Assembly (NCBI GenBank): GCA_964016885.1
Contig: OZ024744.1
Span: forward strand, 10,726,001 to 10,790,000
DNA: 64,000 nt
Direction of reading: 5' to 3'
From: Eledone cirrhosa
Taxonomy: Eukaryota
Below, piece after piece: positions 13,901 to 26,111 of the stretch; within the stretch, counting starts at the first letter, position 1; each line of letters begins with the position of its first letter. The notes below the pieces were generated by a model that did no database searches, had not been told where the DNA came from, and saw nothing but the letters and a program-made list of their open reading frames with translations. The translations under genes and the position numbers were made by a program.

Positions 13901-16900
13901 ATATGTTGTGTTGTTGTACTCCAATATGTTGTATTGTTGTTCTCCAATATGTCATGTTATACTCCAATAAGTTGTGTTCTTGTACTCCAATATGTTGTGT
14001 TGTTGTACTCTAATATATCATGTTGTCGTACTCTAATATGTCATGTTATACTCCAATATGTCGTTGTTATACTCCAATATGTCATGTTGTTGTACTCCAA
14101 TATGTCGTATTGTTGTACTCCAATATGTTTTGATGTTGCACTCCAATATGTTGTGTTGTTGTACTCCAATATGTTGTGTGGTCGTACTCCAATATGTTGT
14201 ATTGTTATACTCCAATATGTTGTGCTGTTGTACTCCAATATGTTCTGTTGTTGTACTCCAATATATTGTGTTGCTGTACTCCAATATGTCGTGTTGTTGT
14301 ACTCCAATATGTTGTGTTGTTGTACTCCAATATGTTGTGTTGTTGTACTCCAATATGTTGTGTTGTTATATTCCAATATGTTATGTTGTTGTACTCCAAT
14401 ATGTCATGTTGTTGTACTCCAATATGTTTTGATGTTGTACTCCAATATGTTGTGTTGTTGTACTCCAATATGTTTTGATGTTGTACTCCAATATGTTGTG
14501 TTGTTGTACTCCAATATGTTGTGTAGTCTTACTCCAATATGTTGTGTTGTTGTACTCCAATATGATGTGATGTTGTACTCCAATATGATGTGCTGTTGTA
14601 CTCCAATGCGTTGTGTTGTTGTACTCCAATATGCTGTGTTGTTATACTCCAATATGTTGTGTTGTTATACTCCAATATGTTGTGTTGGTGTAATCCAATA
14701 TCTTGTGTTATTTTACTCCAATATGTTGTGTTGTTGTACTCCAATATGTTGTGTTGTTGTACTCCAATATGTTGTGTTGTTGTAATCCAATATCTTGTGT
14801 TGTTATACTCCAATATGTTGTGCTGTTGTACTCCAATATTTTGAGTTGTTATACTCCAATATGTAGTGTTGTTATACTCCAATATGTTGTGTTGTTGTAC
14901 TCCAATCTGTTGCGTTATACTCCAATATGTTGTGTTGTTATACTCCAATATGTTGTGTTGTTATACTCCAATATGTTGTGTTGTTTTACTCCAATATGTT
15001 GTATTGTTGATCTCCAATATGTCATATTATACTCCAATAAGTTGTGTTCTTGTACTCCAATATGTTTTGTTGTTGTACTCCAATATGTTGCTTTGTTGTA
15101 CTCCAATATATCATGTTGTCGTACTGCAATATGTCATGTTATACTCCAATATGTTTTGATGCTGTACTCCAATATGTTGTGTTGTTGTACTACAATATGT
15201 TGTGTTGTTGTACTCCAATATGTTGTGTTGTTATACTCCAATATGTTGTGCTGTTGTACTCCAATATGTTGTGTTGTTATACTCCAATATGTAGTGTTGT
15301 TATACTCCAATATGTTGTGTTGTTGTACTCCAATCTGTTGTGTTGTTATACTCCAATATATTGTGTTGTTATACTCCAATATGTTGTGTTGTTTAACTCC
15401 AATATGTTGTGTTGTTGTACTCCAATATGTTGTATTGTTGTTCTCCAATATGTCATGTTATACTCCAATAAGTTGTGTCCTTGTACTCCAATATGTTGTG
15501 TTGTTGTACTCCAATATGTTGTGTTGTTGTACTCCAATATGTTGTGTTGTTGTACTCCAATATATCATGTTGTCGTACTCCAATATGTCATGATGTTGTA
15601 CTCCAATATGTCGTGTTCTTGTACTCCAATATGTCGTGTTGTCGTACTGCAATATGTTGTGTTGTTGTACTCCAATATGTTGTGCTGTTGTACTCCAATA
15701 TGTTGTGCTGTTGTACTCCAATATGTTGTGTTGTTATACTCCAATATGTTGTGCTGTTGTACTCCAATACGTCGTGTTGTACTCCAATATGTTGTGTTGT
15801 TATACTCCAATATGTTATGTTGTTGTACTCCAATATGTCTTGTTGTTGTACTCCAATATGTTTTGATGTTGTACCCCAATATGTTGTGTTGTTGTACTCC
15901 AATATGTTTTGATGTTGTACTCCAATATGTTGTGTTGTTGTACTCCAATATGTTTTGATGTTGTACTCCAATATGTTGTGTTGTTATAGTCCAATATGTC
16001 GTGTTGTTGTACTCCAATATGTTATGTAGTAGTATTCCAATATTTCGTGTTGTTGTACCCCAATATGTCTTGTTGTTTATACTCCAATATGTCTTGCTGT
16101 TGTACTCCAATATGTTGTGTTGCTGTACTCCAATATGTTGTGTTGTTATTCTCCAATATGTTGTGCTGTTGTACTCCAATGTGTTATGTTGTTATACTCC
16201 AATATCTTGTGCTGTGCTACTCCAATATATTGTGTTGTTGTACTCCAATGTGTTGTGTTGTTATACTCCAATATGTTGTGTTGACTTACTCCAATATGTT
16301 GTGTTGTTGTACTCCAATCTGTTGTGTTGTTATACTCCAATATGTTGTGTTGTTATACTCCAATATGTTGTGTTGTTTTACTCCAATATGTTGTGTTGTT
16401 GTACTCCAATATGTTGTGTTGTTGTACTCCAATATGTTGTGTTGTTGTAATCCAATATCTTGTGTTGTTATACTCCAATATGTTGTGCTGTTGTACTCCA
16501 ATATGTTGTGTTATACTCCAATATGTTGTGTTGTTTTACTCCAATATGTTGTTGTTGTACTCCAATATGTTGTATTGTTGTTCTCAAATATGTCATGTTA
16601 TACTCCAATAAGTTGTGTTCTTGTACTCCAATATGTTGTGTTGTTGTACTCCAATATATCATGTTGTCGTACTCCAATATGTCATGTTATACTCCAATAT
16701 GTCGTTGGTATACTCCAATATGTCATGTTGTACTCCAATGTGTCGTATTGTTGTACTCCAATATGTTTTGATGTTGTACTCCAATATGTTGTGTTGTTGT
16801 ACTCCAATATGTTGTGTAGCCGTACTCCAATATGTTGTGTTGTTATACTCCAATATGTTATGTTGTTGTACTCCAATATGTCATGTTGTTGTACTCCAAT

Positions 16901-18541
16901 ATGTTTTGATGTTGTACTCCAATATGTTATGTTGTTGTACTCCAATATGGGTTGATGTTGTACTCCAATATGTTGTGTTGTTGTACTCCAATATGATGTG
17001 TAGTCGTACTCCAATATGTTGTGTTGTTGTACTCCAATATGCTGTGATGTTGTACTCCAATGCGTTGTGTTGTTGTACTCCAATATGCTGTGTTGTTGTA
17101 CTCCAATATGCTGTGTTGTTGTACTCCAATATGTTGTGTTGTTGTACTCCAATATGTTGTGTTGTTGTAATCCAATATCTTGTGTTGTTATACTCCAATA
17201 TGTTATGCTGTTGTACTCCAATATGTTGAGTTGTTATACTCCAATATGTAGTGTTGTTATACTCCAATATGTTGTGTTGTTGTACTCCAATCTGTTGCGT
17301 TATACTCCAATATGTTGTGTTGTTATACTCCAATATGTTGTGTTGTTATACTCCAATATGTTGTGTTGTTTTACTCCAATATATTGTATTGTTGATCTCC
17401 AATATGTCATATTATACTCCAATAAGTTGTGTTCTTGTACTCCAATATGTGTTGTTGTTGTACTCCAATATGTTGCGTTGTTGTACTCCAATATATCATG
17501 TTGTCGTACTCCAATATGTCATGTTATACTCCAATATGTTTTGATGCTGTACTCCAATATGTTGTGTTGTTGTACTACAATATGTTGTGTTGTTGTACTC
17601 CAATATGTTGTGTTGTTATACTCCAATATGTTGTGCTGTTGTACTCCAATATGTTGTGTTGTTATACTCCAATATGTAGTGTTGTTATACTCCAATATGT
17701 TGTGTTGTTGTACTCCAATCTGTTGTGTTGCTATACTCCAATATATTGTGTTGTTATACTCCAATATGTTGTGTTGTTTTACTCCAATATGTTGTGTTGT
17801 TGTACTCCAATATGTTGTATTGTTGTTCTCCAATATTTCATGTTATACTCCAATAAGTTGTGTTCTTGTACTCCAATATGTTGTGTTGTTGTACTCCAAT
17901 ATGTTGTGTTGTTGTACTCCAATATATCATGTTGTCGTACTCCAATATGTCATGTTATACTCCAATATGTCGTTGTTATACTCCAATAGGTCATGATGTT
18001 GTACTCCAATATGTCGCGTTGTCGTACTCCAATATGTTGTGTTGTACTCCAATACGTTGTGCTGTTGTACTCCAATATGTTGTGTTGTTGTACCCCAATA
18101 TGTTGTGTTGTTATACTCCAATATGTTGTGCTGTTGTACTCCAATATTTCGTGTTATTGTACTCCAATACGTCGTGTTGTACTCCAATATGTTGTATTGT
18201 TATACTCCAATATGTTATGTTGTTGTACTCCAATATGTCTTGTTGTTGTACTCCAATATGTTTTGATGTTGTACTCCAATATGTTGTGTTGTTGTACTCC
18301 AATATGTTTTGATGTTGTACTCCAATATGTTGTGTTGTTGTACTCCAATATGTTGTGTAGTCGTACTCCAATATGTTGCGTTGTTGTACTCTAATGTGTT
18401 GTGTTGTTATTCTCCAATATGTTGTGATGTTGTACTCCAATGCGTTGTGTTGTTGTACTCCAATGTGATGTGTTGTTGTACTCCAATATGTTGTGCTGTT
18501 GTACTCCAATATTTTTTGTTTTTTGTACTCCAATATGTTGT
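4961..18541. repeat. 13.6-kb block, copy 1, repeated at 50420-64000
   Basis: Offset 45459 for 5102->50561, 9982->55441, 12760->58219, 13745->59204 and 17860->63319; 45436 for 14176->59612 and 15996->61432. Confidence 0.93.
5000..9300. repeat. Older internal duplication with ~2.4-2.6 kb offset (about 5000-6900 vs 7600-9300)
   Basis: Offsets 5365->7934, 5624->8193, 5658->8227 (2569) and 6381->8815 (2434). Both halves carry the CCAAAAGGCCATG marker. Confidence 0.82.
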
Positions 18542-19684
18542 GTTGTTATACTCCAATATGTTGTGTTATTATACTCCAATATGTTGTGCTGTTGTACTCC
18601 AAATCTCGTGTTGTTATACTCCAATGTGTTGTGTTGTTATACTCCAATATGGTGTGTTGTTGTACTCCAATATGTTGTATTGTTTTCTCCAATATGTCAT
18701 GTTATACTCCAATATGGTGTGTTCGTGTACTCCAATATGTTGTGTTATTTTACTCCAATATGTTGCGTTGTTGTACTCCAATATGTTGTGTTGTTATACT
18801 CCAATATGTCGTGTGGCTGTACTCCAATATGTCATGTTGTTGTACTCCAATATGTCTTGTTATAGTCCAATATGTCGTGTTGTTGTACTCCAATATATCA
18901 TGTAGTTGTACTCCAATATTTCGTGTTGTTGTACCCCAATATGTAGTGTTGTTTATACTCCAATATGTTTTGCTGTTGTACTCCAATATGTTGTGTTGCT
19001 GTACTCCTATATGTTGTGTTGTTATTCTCCAATATGTTGTGCTGTTGTACTCCAATGTGTTGTGTTGTTATACTCCAATATGTTGTGTTGATTTACTCCA
19101 ATATGTTGTGTTGTTGTACTCCAATCTGTTGTGTTGTTATACTCCAATGTGTTGTGTTGTTATACTCCAATATGTTGTGTTGTTGTAGTCCAATATGTTG
19201 TGTTGTCGTACTCCAATATGTTGTGTTCTTATACTCCAATATTTCGTGTGGTTGTACTCCAATATGTCATGGTGTTGTACTTCAATATGTCGTGTTGTTT
19301 TACTCCAATATGTTGTGTTGTTGTACTCCAATATGCTGTGTTGTTGTACTCCAATATGTTGTGTTGTTATACTCCAATATGTTGTGTTGTTGTACTCCAA
19401 TATCTTGTGTTGTTATACTCCAATATGCTGTGTTGTTATACTCCAATATGTTGTGTTGTTGTACTCCAATATGTTGTGCTGTTATACTCCAATATGATGT
19501 GCTGTTATACTCCAATATGTTGTGTTGTTGTACTCCAATATGTTGTGTTGTTGTACTCCAATATGTTGTGCCGTTGTACTCCAATATTTTTTTTGTTTTT
19601 GTACTCCAAAATGTTGTGTTGTTATACTCCAATATGTTGTGTTGTTATACACCCATGTGGTGTGCTGTTGTAATCCAATATGTT
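14762..19684. repeat. Higher-order block A, copy 2
   Basis: Same ordered variants as 1-4969 (e.g. TTTTGAGTTG, GTTGATCTCC, ATATGGGTTG, ATACACCCATGTGG); lacks two monomers relative to copy 1. Confidence 0.93.
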
Positions 19685-22600
19685 ATGTTGTACTCCAATA
19701 TGTTGTGTTGTTATACTCCAATATGTAGTGTTGTTATACTCCAATATGTTGTGTTGTTGTACTCCAATCTGTTGTGTTATACTCCAATATGTTGTGTTGT
19801 TATACTCCAATATGTTGTGTCGTTATACTCCAATATGTTGTGTTGTTTTACTCCAATATGTTGTGTTGTTGTACTCCAATATGTTGTATTGTTGTTCTCC
19901 AATATGTCATGCTATACTCCAATAAGTTGTGTTCTTGTACTCCAATGTGTTTTGTTGTTGTACTCCAATATGTTGTGTTGTTGTACTCCAATATATCATG
20001 TTGTCGTACTCCAATATGTCATGTTATACTCCAATATGTCGTTGTTATACTCCAATATGTCATGTTGCTGTACTCCAACATGTCGTGTTGTAGTACTCCA
20101 ATATGTGTTGATGTTGTACTCCAATATGTTGTGTTGTTGTACTCCAATATGTTGTGTTGTTGTACTCCAATATGTCATGTTGTTGTACTCCGATATTTCG
20201 TGTTGTTCTACTCCAATATTTCGTGTTGTTGTACTCCAATATTTCGTGTTGTTGTACTCCAATATGTCGTGGTGTTGTACTCCAATATGTTTTGATGTTG
20301 TACTCCAATATGTCGTGTTGTTGTACTCCAATATGTTGTGATGTTGTACTCCAATATGCTGTGTTGTTATACTCCTATATATTGTGCTGTTGTACTTCAA
20401 TATGTTGTGTTCTACTCCAATATGTTGTGTTGTTATACTCCAATATGTTGTGTTGTTGTACTCCAATATGTTGTGTTGTTGTACTCCAATATGTTGTGTT
20501 GTTGTACTCCAATATGTGATGTTGTTGTACTCCAATATGTCGTATTGTTGTACTCCAATATATTGTGTTGTTATACTCCAATATTTCGTGTTGTTTTAGT
20601 CCAATATGTCATGATGTTTTACTCCAATATTTCGTGTTGTTGTACTCCAATATGTCATGGTGTTGTACTTGAATATGTCGTATTGTTGTACTCCAATATG
20701 TTGTGTTGTTGTTCTCCAATATGTCGTGTTGTTATACTCCAATATGTTATGATGTTGTACTCCAATATATTGTGTTGTTGTACTCCAATATGTTGTGTTG
20801 CTGTACTCCAATATGTTGTGCCGTTGTACTCCAATATGTTGTGTTGTTGTACTCCAATATGTTGTGTTGTTGTACTCCAATATGTTGTGTTGTTGTACTC
20901 CAATATGTTGTGTTGTTGTACTCCAATATGTTGTGTTGTTGTACTCCAATATGTTGTGTTGTTGTACTCCAATAGGTTGTGTTGTTATACTCCAATATAT
21001 TGTGCTGTTGTACTCTAATATTTCATGTTGTTGCACTCCAATACGTCGTGTTGTACTCCAATATGTTTTGATGTTGTACTCCAATATGTTGTGTTGTTGT
21101 ACTCCAATATGTTGTGTTGTTGTACTCCAATCTGTTGTGTTGTTATACTCCAATATATTGTGTTGTTATACTCCAATATGTTGTGTTGTTTTACTCCAAT
21201 ATGTTGTGTTGTTGTACTCCAATATGTTGTATTGTTGTTCTCCAATATTTCATGTTATACTCCAATAAGTTGTGTTCTTGTACTCCAATATGTTGTGTTG
21301 TTGTACTCCAATATGTTGTGTTGTTGTACTCCAATATATCATGTTGTCGTACTCCAATATGTCATGTTATACTCCAATATGTCGTTGTTATACTCCAATA
21401 GGTCATGATGTTGTACTCCAATATGTCGCGTTGTCGTACTCCAATATGTTGTGTTGTACTCCAATACGTTGTGCTGTTGTACTCCAATATGTTGTGTTGT
21501 TGTACCCCAATATGTTGTGTTATACTCCAATATGTTGTGCTGTTGTACTCCAATATTTCGTGTTATTGTACTCCAATACGTCGTGTTGTACTCCAATATG
21601 TTGTATTGTTATACTCCAATATGTTATGTTGTTGTACTCCAATATGTCTTGTTGTTGTACTCCAATATGTTTTGATGTTGTACTCCAATATGTTGTGTTG
21701 TTGTACTCCAATATGTTTTGATGTTGTACTCCAATATGTTGTGTTGTTGTACTCCAATATGTCGTGTAGTCGTACTCCAATATGTTGCGTTGTTGTACTC
21801 TAATGTGTTGTGTTGTTATTCTCCAATATGTTGTGATGTTGTACTCCAATGCGTTGTGTTGTTGTACTCCAATGTGATGTGTTGTTGTACTCCAATATGT
21901 TGTGCTGTTGTACTCCAATATTTTTTGTTTTTTGTACTCCAATATGTTGTGTTGTTATACTCCAATATGTTGTGTTATTATACTCCAATATGTTGTGCTG
22001 TTGTACTCCAATATGTTGTGTTGTTATACTCCAATGTGTTGTGTTGTTATACTCCAATATGGTGTGTTGTTGTACTCCAATATGTTGTATTGTTTTCTCC
22101 AATATGTCATGTTATACTCCAATATGGTGTGTTCGTGTACTCCAATATGTTGTGTTATTGTACTCCAATATGTTGCGTTGTTGTACTCCAATATGTTGTG
22201 TTGTTATACTCCAATATGTCGTGTGGCTGTACTCCAATATGTCATGTTGTTGTACTCCAATATGTCTTGTTATAGTCCAATATGTCGTGTTGTTGTACTC
22301 CAATATATCATGTAGTTGTACTCCAATATTTCGTGTTGTTGTAACCCAATATGTAGTGTTGTTTATACTCCAATATGTTTTGCTGTTGTACTCCAATATG
22401 TTGTGTTGCTGTACTCCTATATGTTGTGTTGTTATTCTCCAATATGTTGTGCTGTTGTACTCCAATGTGTTGTGTTGTTATACTCCAATATGTTGTGTTG
22501 ATTTACTCCAATATGTTGTGTTGTTGTACTCCAATCTGTTGTGTTGTTATACTCCAATGTGTTGTGTTGTTATACTCCAATATGTTGTGTTGTTGTAGTC

Positions 22601-24455
22601 CAATATGTTGTGTTGTCGTACTCCAATATGTTGTGTTCTTATACTCCAATATTTCGTGTGGTTGTACTCCAATATGTCATGGTGTTGTACTTCAATATGT
22701 CGTGTTGTTTTACTCCAATATGTTGTGTTGTTGTACTCCAATATGCTGTGTTGTTGTACTCCAATATGTTGTGTTGTTATACTCCAATATGTTGTGTTGT
22801 TGTACTCCAATATCTTGTGTTGTTATACTCCAATATGTTGTGTTGTTATACTCCAATATGTTGTGTTGTTGTACTCCAATATGTTGTGCTGTTATACTCC
22901 AATATGATGTGCTGTTATACTCCAATATGTTGTGTTGTTGTACTCCAATATGTTGTGTTGTTGTACTCCAATATGTTGTGCCGTTGTACTCCAATATTTT
23001 TTTGTTTTTGTACTCCAAAATGTTGTGTTGTTATACTCCAATATGTTGTGTTGTTATACACCCATGTGGTGTGCTGTTGTAATCCAATATGTTATGTTGT
23101 ACTCCAATATGTTGTGTTGTTATACTCCAATATGTAGTGTTGTTATACTCCAATATGTTGTGTTGTTGTACTCCAATCTGTTGTGTTATACTCCAATATG
23201 TTGTGTTGTTATACTCCAATATGTTGTGTCGTTATACTCCAATATGTTGTGTTGTTTTACTCCAATATGTTGTGTTGTTGTACTCCAATATGTTGTATTG
23301 TTGTTCTCCAATATGTCATGCTATACTCCAATAAGTTGTGTTCTTGTACTCCAATGTGTTTTGTTGTTGTACTCCAATATGTTGTGTTGTTGTACTCCAA
23401 TATATCATGTTGTCGTACTCCAATATGTCATGTTATACTCCAATATGTCGTTGTTATACTCCAATATGTCATGTTGCTGTACTCCAACATGTCGTGTTGT
23501 AGTACTCCAATATGTGTTGATGTTGTACTCCAATATGTTGTGTTGTTGTACTCCAATATGTTGTGTTGTTGTACTCCAATATGTCATGTTGTTGTACTCC
23601 GATATTTCGTGTTGTTCTACTCCAATATTTCGTGTTGTTGTACTCCAATATGTCGTGGTGTTGTACTCCAATATGTTTTGATGTTGTACTCCAATATGTC
23701 GTGTTGTTGTACTCCAATATGTTGTGATGTTGTACTCCAATATGCTGTGTTGTTATACTCCTATATATTGTGCTGTTGTACTTCAATATGTTGTGTTCTA
23801 CTCCAATATGTTGTGTTGTTATACTCCAATATGTTGTGTTGTTGTACTCCAATATGTTGTGTTGTTGTACTCCAATATGTGATGTTGTTGTACTCCAATA
23901 TGTCGTATTGTTGTACTCCAATATATTGTGTTGTTATACTCCAATATTTCGTGTTGTTTTAGTCTAATATGTCATGATGTTTTACTCCAATATTTCGTGT
24001 TGTTGTACTCCAATATGTCATGGTGTTGTACTTGAATATGTCGTATTGTTGTACTCCAATATGTTGTGTTGTTGTTCTCCAATATGTCGTGTTGTTATAC
24101 TCCAATATGTTATGATGTTGTACTCCAATATATTGTGTTGTTGTACTCCAATATGTTGTGTTGCTGTACTCCAATATGTTGTGTCGTTGTACTCCAATAT
24201 GTTGTGTTGTTGTACTCCAATATGTTGTGTTGTTGTACTCCAATATGTTGTGTTGTTGTACTCCAATATGTTGTGTTGTTGTACTCCAATATGTTGTGTT
24301 GTTGTACTCCAATAGGTTGTGTTGTTATACTCCAATATATTGTGCTGTTGTACTCTAATATTTCGTGTTGTTGCACTCCAATACGTCGTGTTGTTGTACT
24401 CCAATATGTTTTGATGTTGTACTCCAATATGTTGTGTTGTTGTACTCCAATATGT
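17690..24455. repeat. Tandem duplication of a ~3.4-kb unit (about 17690-21100 and 21101-24455)
   Basis: Offsets 17860->21272 (3412), 18309->21718 (3409), 18906->22316 (3410), 19996->23405 (3409), 20384->23770 (3386), 20596->23959 (3363). Private markers such as GTACTTGAATATG and CCGATATTTCG occur in both halves. Confidence 0.92.
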
Positions 24456-25950
24456 TTTGATGTTATACTCCAATATGTTGTGTTGTTGTACTCCAATATG
24501 TTGTGTAGTCGTACTCCAATATGTTGTGTTGTTGTACTCCAATATGCTGTGATGTTGTACTCCAATATGATGTGATGCTGTACTCCAATGCGTTGTGTTG
24601 TTGTACTCCAATGTGATGTGTTGTTGTACTCCAATATGTTGTGCCGTTGTACTCCAATATTTTTTTTATTTTTGTACTCCAATATGTTGTGTTGTTATAC
24701 TCCAATATGTTGTGTTGTTATACTCCAATGTGTTGTGTTGTTATACTCCAATATGGTGTGTTGTTGTACTCCAATATGTTGTATTGTTTTTTTTCCAATA
24801 TGTCATGTTATACTCCAATATGTTGTGTTCGTGTACTCCAATATGTTGTGTTATTGTACTCCAATACGTTGCGTTGTTGTACTCCAATATGTTGTGTTGT
24901 TATACTCCAATATGACGTGTGGCTGTACTCCAATATGTCATGTTGTTGTACTCCAATATGTCTTGTTATAGTCCAATATGTCGTGTTGTTGTACTCCAAT
25001 ATGTCATGTAGTTGTATTCCAATATTTCGTGTTCTTGTACCCCAATATGTCGTGTTGTTTATACTCCAATATGTTTTGCTGTTGTACTCCAATATGTTGT
25101 GTTGCTGTACTCCAATATGTTGTGTTGTTATTCTCCAATATGTTGTGCTGTTGTACTCCAATGTGTTATGTTGTTATACTCCAATATGTTGTGCTGTGCT
25201 ACTCCAATATATTGTGTTGTTGTACTCCAATGTGTTGTGTTGTTATACTCCAATATGTTGTGTTGATTTACTCCAATATGTTGTGTTGTTGTACTCCAAT
25301 CTGTTGTGTTGTTATACTCCAATATGTTGTGTTGTTATACTCCAATATGTTGTGTTGTTTTCCTCCAATATGTTGTGTTGTTGTACTCCAATATGTTGTG
25401 TTGTTGTACTCCAATATGTTGTGTTGTTGTAATCCAATATCTTGTGTTGTTATACTCCAATATGTTGTGTTGTTGTACTCCAATATGTTGTGTTGTTATA
25501 CTCCAATAGTTGTGTTGTGATACTCCAATATGTTGTGCTGTTGTACTCCCATATGTTGTGTTGTTATACTCCAATATGTTGTGTTGTTTTACTCCAATAT
25601 GTTGTGTTGTTGTACTCCAATATGTTGTATTGTTGTTCTCCAATATGTCATGTTATACTCCAATAAGTTGTGTTCTTTTACTCCAATATGTTGTGTTGTT
25701 GTACTCTAATATATCATGTTGTCGTACTCCAATATGTCATGTTATACTCCAATATGTCGTTGTTATACTCCAATATGTCATGTTGTTGTACTCCAATATG
25801 TCGTATTGTTGTACTCCAATATGTTTTGATGTTGTACTCAAATATGTTGTGTTGTTGTACTCCAATATGTTGTGTAGTCGTACTCCAATATGTTGTATTG
25901 TTATACTCCAATATGGTGTGCTGTTGTACTCCAATATGTTCTGTTGTTGT
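24360..25950. repeat. Diverged, internally deleted copy of about 12530-14260
   Basis: Offsets 12635->24463 and 12760->24588 (11828), then 13281->24978 and 13431->25128 (11697). Lacks the CCAAATCTCG and CCAAAAGGCC monomers. Confidence 0.8.
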
Positions 25951-26111
25951 ACTCCAATATGTCGTATTGTTGTACTCCAATATGTTTTGATGTTGTACTC
26001 CAATATGTTGTGTTGTTGTACTCCAATATGTTGTGTAGTCGTACTCCAATATGTTGTATTGTTATACTCCAATATGTTGTGCTGTTGTACTCCAATATGT
26101 TCTGTTGTTGT
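25790..26111. repeat. Tandem duplication of a 7-monomer (161-bp) unit
   Basis: The ordered variants GTCGTATTG, TTTTGATG, consensus, GTAGTCG, GTATTGTTA, GTGCTG, TTCTG occur twice in succession. ORFs 25890 and 26051 are offset by 161. Confidence 0.9.

Noticed and set aside
25790-26111. Nucleosome-length periodicity (7 x 23 = 161 bp, 8 x 23 = 184 bp)
   Set aside because: Only one 161-bp duplication was seen, and no general 7- or 8-monomer period is evident by eye.
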